DNA of 64,000 bases from Bacteroidia bacterium (lineage in GTDB: Bacteria; Bacteroidota; Bacteroidia; NS11-12g; UBA955). The notes beneath the pieces were generated by a model that worked only from the letters and a program-made list of their open reading frames with translations, had not been told where the DNA came from and ran no database searches. Shown one piece after another: positions 38,133 through 50,204 of this stretch (positions are counted from its first letter, which is position 1; every line of letters starts with the position of its first letter). The DNA lies in NCBI GenBank assembly GCA_044341025.1, contig JBIISM010000003.1, positions 117,105 to 181,104 of the forward strand. The letters are read 5' to 3'. A program made the translations under genes and the position numbers.

Positions 38133-40709
38133 TTATTTGTTATAAAGATTATCCAAAAAGCGTTCCAAAGAACTTTCGTCTGGAATCAGGACTTTACGGG
38201 CCTTTGCGCCTTCAAATGGACCTACAATTCCCGCCTGTTCCATTTGATCGACCAATCTTCCCGCTCTATTATAACCCAATTTCAATTTTCTTTGGATTAA
38301 AGATGTGCTGCCTTGTTGGGTCATTACAACCAACCTTGCCGCATCTTCAAACAGCGCATCGCGCTCGTTAGGGTCAAAGTCGTCCCTCGATCCATCGTCG
38401 TCGGCACCTTTGAACTCCGGCAATATCATAGCACTCGAGTAGCCGCGTTGGTTGCCTATAAATTCTGTAATTCTTTCCACCTCAGGGGTGTCAACAAATG
38501 GACATTGCAAACGGATTAGGTCATTGCCTGTGCTGTAGAGCATATCTCCTTTACCTATCAACTGATCCGCTCCATTGCTGTCTAAGATGGTACGCGAGTC
38601 GATTTTTGAGGTTACCCTAAAGGCCAAACGAGCAGGGAAGTTGGCTTTAATGGTACCAGTGATAATATTTACCGATGGTCTTTGTGTGGCCAATATAACG
38701 TGTATACCAACCGCTCTGGCCAATTGCGCCAAACGGGCAATTGGTGTTTCCACTTCTCTTCCCGCTGTCATCATCAAGTCGGCAACCTCGTCTATCACCA
38801 CAACAATGTAAGGCAAGAATCTATGTCCTTCAGTTGGCAACAACTTGCGCTCCCTAAACTTGGTGTTGTATTCAATAATATTGCGTTTTCCAGCACCTTT
38901 TAACAATTCATAACGCTCATCCATTTCCATACACAATGAATTTAGCGTATTGGTCACCAATTTGGTGTCGGTTATGATGGCATCACCATCGCCTGGCAAT
39001 TTGGCCAAATAATGGCGCTCAATTTTATTGTATAAAGTTAGCTCTACCTTCTTCGGGTCGACCAATACAAACTTTAATTCCGATGGGTGTTTCTTGTACA
39101 ACAATGAAACAATCAAGGTATTCAAACCAACCGATTTACCTTGCCCTGTCGCACCTGCGCACAATAAATGCGGCATCTTACTCAAATCGGCAATGTACAA
39201 TTCGTTTGAAATGGTCTTGCCCAAAATAACCGGCAATTCAAAGTTACATTCTTGGAACTTCTTACTGGCAACCATTTGTCTAATTGGCACCATTTCAGGT
39301 TTCTTGTTTGGAACCTCTATACCAATAGTACCTCTTCCTGGAATAGGTGCAATAATACGAATACCCAAGGCGGCCAAACTTAAAGCGATATCATCTTCTA
39401 AGTTCTTGATACGCGAAATCTTTACTCCCGGCGCTGGAACAATTTCATACAGTGTTACTGTTGGCCCGATATTGGCTTTAATTTCAGAAATCCCAATATT
39501 GTAGTTCTTTAATGTTTCAACAATTAAATTCTTACTGGTTTCGAGTTCCGTGCGGTCAACTTCAATTTTGGTAAATTCATAATCTTGCAATAAATCTAAA
39601 GTTGGCATTTGATAACCAGCCAAATCTAAAGTCGGATCGTACAAATCGTCTAAGCCAGCTGAAGGTCTAGTTTCTACAACATTGGACTCAACGATCTCTT
39701 CCACCTGAGGTGCTTCAATCTTTAATTCAAAATCTTTAGGTGCTTCTGCTTTCTTTGGTCTTACATTGTCAACGGCAAAAGAAATAGGAGCGGTAGGCGC
39801 ATCTATTGTATCTTCTAATGTTTCTGCTTTTAGCTCGTCCGAATTAGTTAAGGTAATTAAATCTATACCCTCTGCTTCATCTTGAATCTCTGTGGCAGAA
39901 ATATCCTCTAAATTAACATCTGTATCGTCCGGCTGATCTCCAAAATGTGTTTTAATGGCTTCGGCTTCTAGCTCATGATCACTGAAAGGAGCTGCAGAAC
40001 CTTTTGAGTCTTCTGAGGGAAGACCCTGAACCAAATTTGACATCTTAAAACGAAAATCGACGTTGTAAACCGCTATCATAAAAACTGCAGCATACAAGAT
40101 TAAAAACAAGACCATTCCTATACTTCCAAACAAACTCTTGAACCACAAGAATCCAAAATAACCAAATCCTCCGCCCATAAATAAATTATAGCTATGGAAA
40201 ATAAATCCCATCAGTAAGGATACCCACACCACGATAAAAAAAGTATAGCGCAGTATTTTTCCAATTGGGTACATCTGCCAATTGAAAAGCAATTTAGTGC
40301 CAAAAGTAAAGATGCTGAATAAAATAATAAACGATGCGACACCAAACCACTTATGAATAAACAAGTGACCAAACCAAGCGCCCAAATACCCCATCAAATT
40401 TGCTGAGCCTTTTGGATTATTTGTCTTATACCATTGCCAACTGCCACTTTGAAGCAAATCTTGGTCTGTTTCAAAACTCCACAAATTGATGATGTGAGAC
40501 GTAAAAGACAACAATAAAAAGAGTGAAAACAAGACGAAAAATGCACCAATTATCCTCAGGGTTCGCTCGTCTTTAACCCATGCCATACGAGCGCCTTTCA
40601 AAGGTTTTTTACTTTCCTTTTCTTCAGCTTGAAAATCGTCTGCTGAATTTCTAAAACTATTGCTATTTTTTCCGGCCATGGGTTTGCTTCTCGCAAATGT
40701 AAAACGCAA
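38133..40709 (-). CDS. ftsK: DNA translocase FtsK/SpoIIIE
   Basis: 858 aa. N-terminal 4-TM domain, an acidic/Pro-rich linker, Walker A LLCAGATGQGKSV, Walker B VVVIDEVADLM, and a C-terminal gamma winged helix. Confidence 0.9.
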   Translation of the reverse strand: MRFTFARSKPMAGKNSNSFRNSADDFQAEEKESKKPLKGARMAWVKDERTLRIIGAFFVLFSLFLLLSFTSHIINLWSFETDQDLLQSGSWQWYKTNNPKGSANLMGYLGAWFGHLFIHKWFGVASFIILFSIFTFGTKLLFNWQMYPIGKILRYTFFIVVWVSLLMGFIFHSYNLFMGGGFGYFGFLWFKSLFGSIGMVLFLILYAAVFMIAVYNVDFRFKMSNLVQGLPSEDSKGSAAPFSDHELEAEAIKTHFGDQPDDTDVNLEDISATEIQDEAEGIDLITLTNSDELKAETLEDTIDAPTAPISFAVDNVRPKKAEAPKDFELKIEAPQVEEIVESNVVETRPSAGLDDLYDPTLDLAGYQMPTLDLLQDYEFTKIEVDRTELETSKNLIVETLKNYNIGISEIKANIGPTVTLYEIVPAPGVKISRIKNLEDDIALSLAALGIRIIAPIPGRGTIGIEVPNKKPEMVPIRQMVASKKFQECNFELPVILGKTISNELYIADLSKMPHLLCAGATGQGKSVGLNTLIVSLLYKKHPSELKFVLVDPKKVELTLYNKIERHYLAKLPGDGDAIITDTKLVTNTLNSLCMEMDERYELLKGAGKRNIIEYNTKFRERKLLPTEGHRFLPYIVVVIDEVADLMMTAGREVETPIARLAQLARAVGIHVILATQRPSVNIITGTIKANFPARLAFRVTSKIDSRTILDSNGADQLIGKGDMLYSTGNDLIRLQCPFVDTPEVERITEFIGNQRGYSSAMILPEFKGADDDGSRDDFDPNERDALFEDAARLVVMTQQGSTSLIQRKLKLGYNRAGRLVDQMEQAGIVGPFEGAKARKVLIPDESSLERFLDNLYNK

Positions 40710-40880
40710 TGTCCATATACTTTCTTATGTGGGCTGAATAAAATCCACATCTATTTGAATGTGTGCAGATAAATGGAATACTTAATTTAAGATACAAAAA
40801 ACAAACTTAAAATACCATAGCACAATTTTGAAATAAGCATTTTAATTTTACGATAAGATTTTACACAAAACTCAAAAAAC

Positions 40881-41540
40881 ATGAAAAAAACATTTAAAAT
40901 TTACGTTTGCATCTTTGCACTCATTGGTCTCCAATCTTGCGGTATTGTTACAAAAACACACTATGGAAATGGCCTAAAATTAAATCTAGGAATTGGATGC
41001 AAAAAAGAAAATCCTCAAGCCCAAAACAGATTTAACAAATCGAACTTAAAACCACAAGTCACGTTAAATTTTCTCAGCCATGCAAACATTCCTTTTGAAA
41101 ATTTAAACCCTGTTTCTTCATTGAAATCTTTTTCAAAAAACAAGAGTAAATCTTTTAACACGAATGTAGTTTTAGTCCATTCAACATCAAAAATTCCTTT
41201 ATCGAAAGGGATTAAACCAATCAAAAACCACAAGACCAAAGAGCCGAACAAACTTAAAAAGGAACTCGAACCACATGTAAAAATTGGTGGTATTTTATTT
41301 TATGCCTCAATACTTGGTTCCATGATCATGAGCTTTTTCCCTTTCCCATTGTTAGCAAGTATCTTAGGGCTTGGTTTGCTGGCAGGTATTGTTTTAACCC
41401 TAATCGGAAAAAAATTTATGAAAAAAAATCCAGAGCAATTTAGAGGCTACGGCTTAATGTGGAGTGTACTCATTGCCTGCTCTTTGTTTCTGTTATTAAC
41501 CTTTATAAACTTGGCTTTTTTTATTGTAGCCTTTGCATAA
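40881..41540 (+). CDS. Hypothetical lipoprotein/membrane protein
   Basis: 219 aa. Lipobox LIGLQSCG, a Lys/Asn-rich middle, and two C-terminal TM helices. No recognisable domain. Confidence 0.4.
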   Translation: MKKTFKIYVCIFALIGLQSCGIVTKTHYGNGLKLNLGIGCKKENPQAQNRFNKSNLKPQVTLNFLSHANIPFENLNPVSSLKSFSKNKSKSFNTNVVLVHSTSKIPLSKGIKPIKNHKTKEPNKLKKELEPHVKIGGILFYASILGSMIMSFFPFPLLASILGLGLLAGIVLTLIGKKFMKKNPEQFRGYGLMWSVLIACSLFLLLTFINLAFFIVAFA

Positions 41541-41553
41541 GTTGCAAAGTATT

Positions 41554-41592
41554 AAAGCCCGATGCTGTATTTGAAGAGCATTGGGCTTTTTA
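41554..41592. terminator. Bidirectional rho-independent terminator between the lipoprotein gene (+) and ligA (-)
   Basis: aaagcccgatgct-gtatttgaag-agcattgggctttttat. A 12-bp stem with one G-U pair, flanked by an A-run and a T-run. Confidence 0.65.
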
Positions 41593-41597
41593 TAAAA

Positions 41598-43616
<2,019 letters not shown>

Positions 43617-43685
43617 TCAAAAATAAGATTATTATTACATTATTTAAACAAAACACTTAATTTCGAACACCTAATATTAGCAAGA

Positions 43686-44342
43686 ATGCCAAGTTGGAAA
43701 AGCCTATTTATTGAAGAACAAGCAAAAGACTATTTTATTAAATTAAATGCTTTTCTAGCTTCTGAAATTGCTGCTGGCAAAACCATATTTCCACCTGAAG
43801 ACAAGCGCTATTCTGCTTTTGATTTATGCCCTTTTGAACAGGTTAAAGTCGTTGTTATTGGTCAAGACCCTTACCACGATTTTTCACAGGCACATGGACT
43901 GAGTTTCAGTGTGCCACAAGGTGTTGACATACCACCTTCTTTGCGCAATATTTTTAAAGAACTAAAAGCAGATTTAAATTGCCAAATACCTAGTCATGGA
44001 AATTTAGAACAATGGGCACAACAAGGTGTTTTACTCTTGAATGCATGCTTAAGTGTTGAAGCCCACAAGGCAGGCAGCCACCGAAATAAAGGCTGGGAAA
44101 TATTTACCGATCAAATGATTAAATCTTTAAATGAAAATAAAGAGAATTTGGTCTTTTTGCTTTGGGGAAATTATGCCAGAAGTAAAAAACATTTAATTGG
44201 AAACCAACACCTTGTTCTTGAAGCTGCACATCCTTCTCCGCTCTCAGCCTATAAGGGTTTTTTCAACTGCAAACACTTTTCAAAAACCAATGAATTTTTA
44301 GCCAAGCACGGCCTTCAAAAAATAGATTGGCAAATACGTTAA
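43686..44342 (+). CDS. ung: Uracil-DNA glycosylase (family 1)
   Basis: Start trimmed to the Met at 43686 (MPSWKSLF...). Water-activating loop VVIGQDPYH, and HPSPLSA near the C-terminus. Confidence 0.85.
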   Translation: MPSWKSLFIEEQAKDYFIKLNAFLASEIAAGKTIFPPEDKRYSAFDLCPFEQVKVVVIGQDPYHDFSQAHGLSFSVPQGVDIPPSLRNIFKELKADLNCQIPSHGNLEQWAQQGVLLLNACLSVEAHKAGSHRNKGWEIFTDQMIKSLNENKENLVFLLWGNYARSKKHLIGNQHLVLEAAHPSPLSAYKGFFNCKHFSKTNEFLAKHGLQKIDWQIR

Positions 44343-44429
44343 TCTTCTAGTGTCCGATAAAGTGCAATTTTAATGTCTTTTGTGCAGAATCTCTGTGCTT
44401 TAACTTGAAGTATTGTGAAGTAAAAAAGT

Positions 44430-44437
44430 TAATTTTG
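44430..44437 (+). promoter_or_regulatory. Candidate sigma-A -7 element (TAatTTTG) for ftsE
   Basis: taattttg lies ~20 nt upstream of the ATG at 44458. Confidence 0.3.
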
Positions 44438-44457
44438 CCCAACTCAAAGCAGATATT

Positions 44458-45165
44458 ATGCAAGAACAAGCCGTTATTCATTTACAAGAAGCTGATATTT
44501 TTCAAGAGAAGAATTTGGTGCTACACCAAGTCAATTTGGATATCCGCAAAGGTGAATTCGCCTACCTTATTGGAAAAACTGGTAGTGGAAAAAGTTCTTT
44601 ATTAAAGACCTTGCACGGCGAACTAAAACTTGAATTAGGCAGTGGCAGTGTGGCTGGTTTCGATTTAATTAAGTTAAAGCGCAGACAAGTGGCCAAACTT
44701 AGACGCCGCTTGGGCATTATCTTCCAAGATTTTCAATTGCTTACCGACCGAAATGCCAAAGACAATCTTTTATTTGTTTTGCGCGCTACAGGTTGGAAAA
44801 ACAAAATGGAAATGTTCAAACGTGTAAGTGAAGTTTTGCAGATTGTTGGTCTTGAAACCAAAGACTATAAAATGCCTCACCAATTAAGTGGTGGCGAACA
44901 ACAGCGTTTGGTCATTGCACGTGCTTTGTTGAACAAACCTGAAATCATCTTGGCCGATGAACCAACTGGAAATCTTGACCCAGATATTTCAAACGACATC
45001 ACCAAACTTTTACAACAAATTGCAAAAGACGAGGGAACCGCAGTACTCATGGCAACCCATGAACACCGCTTACTTGAAAAATTCCCAGCCCGCGTGATAA
45101 AAGTTGAAAACAACAAAGTGCACAACGACCCGGCTTACGAAGGCAATATAGAAGTGCACGAATAA
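44458..45165 (+). CDS. ftsE: FtsE-like cell-division ABC ATPase
   Basis: 235 aa. Walker A GKTGSGKSS, signature LSGGEQQR, Walker B IILADEPTGNLD. FtsE size. No ftsX directly downstream. Confidence 0.6.
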   Translation: MQEQAVIHLQEADIFQEKNLVLHQVNLDIRKGEFAYLIGKTGSGKSSLLKTLHGELKLELGSGSVAGFDLIKLKRRQVAKLRRRLGIIFQDFQLLTDRNAKDNLLFVLRATGWKNKMEMFKRVSEVLQIVGLETKDYKMPHQLSGGEQQRLVIARALLNKPEIILADEPTGNLDPDISNDITKLLQQIAKDEGTAVLMATHEHRLLEKFPARVIKVENNKVHNDPAYEGNIEVHE

Positions 45166-45534
45166 AAATCATTTCTTTTAAAGTAGAAATAAGGTTTAAA
45201 AACAAAAAACCATTTGTCATATTTTCAAATTAAATGTAGATAGTTCAAAAAAACGCGTATTTTTGTTTGGAAGGAAGAATAAAAACGCTTGTTTACTTCT
45301 ATACTTCGCAGCCGCTAAAAAACTAGGCACTTTAATCTTAAAAACAACTATGAAAAAAAACAGACCAAACACATTTTTAAATCCAAATTTCTAATTTGAA
45401 GCAACTTTGGTATCAAACCATTGAAATGCGCGAACATCTATTTTATAGGTCTTTTCCTATCTCTTACACAAAGAGTCGGGCAGTATTAACTGCACTTAAA
45501 TTTTAGTTCCAATTTTTAAAAAATCAATTATTTT

Positions 45535-45774
45535 ATGAAAAATTTAGTTTTCAAAACGTTTCTTTTATTGGCTTTTGTAATGGTGTCTTTTATTGGTAAA
45601 GCACAGAATTATCTCAATTTTACCATTACAAATAACAGCACAGCTTGTTCTGGAAGTGGTTGTGTTGGCACAGGTATTACAGCAAACAGCACTATGCCTG
45701 GTCCAGTCGGCCCTCCACCTGGTGGGTGTGGCTTTTTAGGTTTTCTTTATACCTTAACAATTAATTTATATTAA
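45535..45774 (+). CDS. Small secreted Gly/Cys/Thr-rich peptide (79-aa precursor, ~55-aa mature)
   Basis: Signal peptide MKNLVFKTFLLLAFVMVSFIGKAQ, then NYLNFTITNNSTACSGSGCVGTGITANSTMPGPVGPPPGGCGFLGFLYTLTINLY with 3 Cys and a PGPVGPPPGG segment. Lies 95 bp upstream of the large T9SS adhesin. Confidence 0.4.
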   Translation: MKNLVFKTFLLLAFVMVSFIGKAQNYLNFTITNNSTACSGSGCVGTGITANSTMPGPVGPPPGGCGFLGFLYTLTINLY

Positions 45775-45868
45775 TCCTAAACAAAATACACTTAAAGAAC
45801 TTTATTGTAAAAATAGAATTCTTTGAGTGTATTTTTGATTTGATTTTATTAGACAAAAAAATACCTGA

Positions 45869-48800
45869 GTGCGAAAGTTTTACATTTTTCTGATTTTTGT
45901 TTTCTTCCTAGCTGACGCTCGGGGGCAAAACTTCAAATGGTTAAAATCTTTTGGGACAAAAAATTCAGGAGAATCTATTGTTGCATCGTTAATTACTTCA
46001 AATAATGAATCTGTATTTCTATTAAAAATTTCCGCAAGCATTTCTAATACTAATTCTGATACAATCGAATTTGATACTTTTAAATTTATCATTCCTCCGG
46101 GCATCGATGCAATTAGAAGTTTTTTAGTGAAAGTAGACACTGACGGAAAGGTAATTAAAGCGGTCTTACTTGGAAAATTTGGTGTCGAATCAATGTGTAA
46201 AGACCACAATGATAATTTCTATATAGTTGGTAATTTTAATATAATAGATACAAATCCAATCTCTATTCTTGGAAAATCAACAAACTTGGTTCCTAAAAAT
46301 GGAAACTATTTGTATTTCAAAATAGATAGTAATCTCAACTTGTTATGGCATAAACAAATTGGCAATCTTTACACCAATGTACTTTATGTCCAAAATATTC
46401 AATTTTTAAATAAAAGTATTTATTTTCTTGCCAGATCAAAAGGCAAAACTGTTGTGGGTGATAGCACTTATAATCTTGATGCAAATTCATATTCATCAAT
46501 TTATGGAGAAATAAATTTAAGCAATGGAAGTGTTGTTTGGTCTAATTGTTTATTCAAAAACAATTCTCCAGGGACAGCTGAAGTTATATTCCAAGGTATT
46601 ACTCGAATAAATGGTAATTTATTTATTTCAGGATTTAATAATTCGGGGAACAATTTTACTATTGCCTCAGATATTTTTTATAATCAAACACCTTTTATCA
46701 TAAAGACAGATTCTGTAGGAAAATATAAAGGGATGTTTACTCTAAATAACAACAGACCTGTTTCATTTACAAATGTTGTTACAGATGGTAAAAATTTGTT
46801 TTTCGGAGGTAGTTTTTCTGATAGCCTTACTTTTAAGCAAAAAGTTAAAATTGTACCATATTTCCCATCGGGATCAGCGAAGAAAGAAATGTTTGTAGCA
46901 TCAATTAGTTCTTCATTTGAACCTATATGGTTTTTCCATCCTGAAGTTAAGGATTTTAGCGCAAAAAATGGTGGAGAAATGGATTACCTATTATGTACAG
47001 AGAATTTTCTTTATGTGAGTGGTATATTAAGTGCTCGTGTAAGTATAAATGGAGATATTCTTAATCCCTATTCTCTTTCAAAGTATGATTTGATAATAAT
47101 GAAAATGGATGTAATTGGAAATGTTCTTTGGGCAAAAAATAGTGTGTCTTATGGTATCACAAAATTTATAGATGCAAAGAACGAATCATTGGTTCATTTT
47201 AGCGGTTTTTATAGAGATTCAATCCGATTTGATAAGTTCAAAGTAATTTCTAAAGGTCAAGCCGACGCCTTCATCACCAAACTCTCCGACAACGCCATTA
47301 TCCGTGGTCAGGTAAAGGCTGGTCCTTATTGTGCTGGCGATACCTTGCGCATTCCTTACCGCAAGATAGGCGATTATGACACCTCCAATGTCTTTATCGC
47401 TGAACTCAGTGATGCCGATGGTAACTTTACAGGTGCGCACCGTCAACTTGGTAGACTAAAGTCCAATAAAGATAGCGTGATTATTGCACGTTTGCCTTTG
47501 TTTCAGGTCGGCTCTTCTGAAAAGTACAGAATTCGAATATTAAGTACCGCCCCTGCTGTGCAAAGCTATTATAAGGTCGATACGCTGAGGCTTTTGATCT
47601 ACTCTAAAGACAAGGCCTTTGCTGGCAATGATACCACAATCTGCAATGGCGATTCGGTAAACCTTCAAACCTATGGCGGTACCAAATGGAGCTGGATCCC
47701 TAGCTATAAATTAAAAGACAGCACTGCCCGCAAGACGCCTGCTTGGCCCGATAAAACCACGCGTTATAAAATTATTATTGCCGATAGCAGTGGCTGTGGT
47801 ATGGCCGATACCGCTTTTAAAACCATAGTGGTGCGCAAGCTTCCAAGCATACAATTTCACACACCCAAAGACACAGGTGTTTGCATTGGAGGCCGCATGC
47901 CTTTAATTGCTTCTTTCCATGGTGGCGATTCTTTAGGTTACTCTTGGCAATGGGCCATTATTGACGGCTTAGGCAATTATAGTTTTCCGCGCTCAGGTTC
48001 TGGTAAACTAGCCGATACACTGCTTTACACCATGCCTGTGAATGAATTGGATTCTATGCGTTTTGTGTTGTACCTCAACGATGGCTGTACACCCAAAACT
48101 GCCTTTTACAATTATACCCTAAAAGTTAAAAAGCAAAAGTCAAGGGCTAAGTTTAATGGCTTAGACACATTGGTATGCCCTGGTAAAGCCATTGGTATAG
48201 TGGCTGGTTTTGATGCGGGCGATTACAGTTTGTATTCTTGGACTTGGCAAGAACAAAACCTCTCAGGCTCTTGGAACAACAGACGCTTTGGAAGCAATAA
48301 AGGTGCTGATACCTTTATGTACACCTTAAGTCCTTTGTGGCAAGGAAAGAAAAAACTGCGTGTGTTGCTTAAAGACCAATGCACCGGTCTGAGCGATACT
48401 GCTGTTTATTCTCTTATTCCAAGAGATACCTTATCGCTAAGTCTTAATAGCAGTGACACCACCCTGTGCCAAGGCAGTCAATATGTGTTTAAAGCAAAAG
48501 CAAAGGGAGGCAATCCAAGTACTTACCAATATCGATGGATCAACACCAATAACCAAGACACCTTAACGCTAACAGACAGTTTGCTTTACAAACCAAAAAC
48601 ATCAACGGCCCTAATGGTGGAAGTAAGCGATGGCTGCATGCAAAGGTCTATTCAAAAAACCATTCAAGTATATATGTTACCTGCATTGATAACAGACATA
48701 TACAGCCAATCAAAAAAGGCAAAAGACAGCACCTTGTGTTACGGGCAAGTGCTTAAGCTATATGCCCAAAGCAGTGGCGGTATAGGCAGTGGCTATAATT

Positions 48801-50200
48801 ACTTATGGAAATACAATGGGGTAAGCATTGGTCAAAAAGACAGTATGGCATTTACACCTTATCAAAGTGCAGTCCTTGAACTTATAAGCAGCGATGGCTG
48901 CTCGGTAAATGACAGCAGCCGCATAAACATAAATGTATTGCCTAAGCTAGAATCTAATATCAAAACCCAAGACAGTCTTTGCTTGCCAAGTACTTTGAGT
49001 CTAAAAGCTCTGGCTCAAGGAGGCAAAGGAAACTACAGCTACCAATGGCTAAGTTCAAGCAATGTATTGCTAGGAACTAAAGACAGTTTGCAAATCAGCT
49101 ACAGTGATAAAACCCAAACTGGTTTACTAGTTTATAGCTTGATTATACAAGATGGCTGTTCCAACAATGACAGCACAAAAATAAACCTCCATTTATTGCC
49201 CGGTTTGAGTCTTGCTCTAAAGACCCAAGATACTTGTATTAGTTCGTCAACTGTATTGACTGCTTTAGCTTCAGGAGGAAAATCAAATAAGCATCAAATT
49301 ACTTGGTTTAAAAATGGGGTGTTTTTAAGCTCAGGACCAAGCAGCAGTTTAAACATTGCAGCACAAAGTGCAAGGTACAGCGCCGTCTTAAACGATGGCT
49401 GCAGCAAGGCCTCAGACACTGCCAGCATAAGGGTTTACACCAAAGCACAAGTCAGCATAAGAGTGAGCAATCCTTGTTACGGTGATACCAGTGTTTTAAA
49501 AGCAAGACTGCTCAGCAGCAACCCAATATCCAATTACAATTGGTTAATTGACAACACTAACACAAGCACCATTGATAGTGTATTGAAATTTAGGTTTAAC
49601 AGTATTGGATTGCACACCATTGTTTTAAAAGCAGGCACAGGCCAATGTGTGGGCAAAGATTCCATCCGTTTTACCATCATTGAAAAACCAAAGGCAGCCT
49701 TTGATTTTACCCATTTGCCTAACACCAACACAGGCATACCTTTCCAGTTTAACGACCGCTCATTGCTAGCCAATTCATGGGCTTGGACCTTTGGAACTTA
49801 CGGGCAAGTAAGCTCCAAAAACCCTAAGTTTACTTTCCCTGACTCAGGTTTTATACGCATCAAATTGCGTGTTGGAAAACAAAACCTTTGCTTTGACAGT
49901 ACAGAACAAAATATTCCAATTTACGAACGGATAGAATTCTATTTTCCTGATGCAATAAGCATTGACGGCAATGGCATAAACGATGCCTTTGGTTTAAACC
50001 CAGGGCAATATCCATTTGTAAAAACCTACCGCTTAAGCATCTTCAACCGCTGGGGTGAAAAGGTATTTGACTCCGATGTTAAAGAAGAAACCTTTAGCAT
50101 TTCTAGTGCACTGCAAGGTGTTTACGTTTACAAAGTATTTATCAAAGATATTTATGATGTAACCCATACGCTGGAAGGGACCTTGACGGTGTTGAAATGA
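45869..50200 (+). CDS. Large cell-surface adhesin-like protein: SprB/Ig-like repeats plus a T9SS type-B (gliding-motility CHU_C) C-terminal sorting domain
   Basis: 1443 aa. Signal peptide. At least 7 repeats of ~90 aa, each containing C-x-G-D/Q...GG-x-x-x-Y-x-Y-x-W (e.g. AQGGKGNYSYQWLSS). The C-terminus FPDAISIDGNGINDAFGLN...YRLSIFNRWGEKVFDS matches the type-B T9SS CTD. Confidence 0.65.
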   Translation: MRKFYIFLIFVFFLADARGQNFKWLKSFGTKNSGESIVASLITSNNESVFLLKISASISNTNSDTIEFDTFKFIIPPGIDAIRSFLVKVDTDGKVIKAVLLGKFGVESMCKDHNDNFYIVGNFNIIDTNPISILGKSTNLVPKNGNYLYFKIDSNLNLLWHKQIGNLYTNVLYVQNIQFLNKSIYFLARSKGKTVVGDSTYNLDANSYSSIYGEINLSNGSVVWSNCLFKNNSPGTAEVIFQGITRINGNLFISGFNNSGNNFTIASDIFYNQTPFIIKTDSVGKYKGMFTLNNNRPVSFTNVVTDGKNLFFGGSFSDSLTFKQKVKIVPYFPSGSAKKEMFVASISSSFEPIWFFHPEVKDFSAKNGGEMDYLLCTENFLYVSGILSARVSINGDILNPYSLSKYDLIIMKMDVIGNVLWAKNSVSYGITKFIDAKNESLVHFSGFYRDSIRFDKFKVISKGQADAFITKLSDNAIIRGQVKAGPYCAGDTLRIPYRKIGDYDTSNVFIAELSDADGNFTGAHRQLGRLKSNKDSVIIARLPLFQVGSSEKYRIRILSTAPAVQSYYKVDTLRLLIYSKDKAFAGNDTTICNGDSVNLQTYGGTKWSWIPSYKLKDSTARKTPAWPDKTTRYKIIIADSSGCGMADTAFKTIVVRKLPSIQFHTPKDTGVCIGGRMPLIASFHGGDSLGYSWQWAIIDGLGNYSFPRSGSGKLADTLLYTMPVNELDSMRFVLYLNDGCTPKTAFYNYTLKVKKQKSRAKFNGLDTLVCPGKAIGIVAGFDAGDYSLYSWTWQEQNLSGSWNNRRFGSNKGADTFMYTLSPLWQGKKKLRVLLKDQCTGLSDTAVYSLIPRDTLSLSLNSSDTTLCQGSQYVFKAKAKGGNPSTYQYRWINTNNQDTLTLTDSLLYKPKTSTALMVEVSDGCMQRSIQKTIQVYMLPALITDIYSQSKKAKDSTLCYGQVLKLYAQSSGGIGSGYNYLWKYNGVSIGQKDSMAFTPYQSAVLELISSDGCSVNDSSRININVLPKLESNIKTQDSLCLPSTLSLKALAQGGKGNYSYQWLSSSNVLLGTKDSLQISYSDKTQTGLLVYSLIIQDGCSNNDSTKINLHLLPGLSLALKTQDTCISSSTVLTALASGGKSNKHQITWFKNGVFLSSGPSSSLNIAAQSARYSAVLNDGCSKASDTASIRVYTKAQVSIRVSNPCYGDTSVLKARLLSSNPISNYNWLIDNTNTSTIDSVLKFRFNSIGLHTIVLKAGTGQCVGKDSIRFTIIEKPKAAFDFTHLPNTNTGIPFQFNDRSLLANSWAWTFGTYGQVSSKNPKFTFPDSGFIRIKLRVGKQNLCFDSTEQNIPIYERIEFYFPDAISIDGNGINDAFGLNPGQYPFVKTYRLSIFNRWGEKVFDSDVKEETFSISSALQGVYVYKVFIKDIYDVTHTLEGTLTVLK

Positions 50201-50204
50201 TTAA

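Noticed and set aside
44405-44605. 66-aa ORF overlapping the ftsE start
   Set aside because: Out-of-frame overlap with a strongly supported ABC ATPase. The predicted promoter sits inside it.
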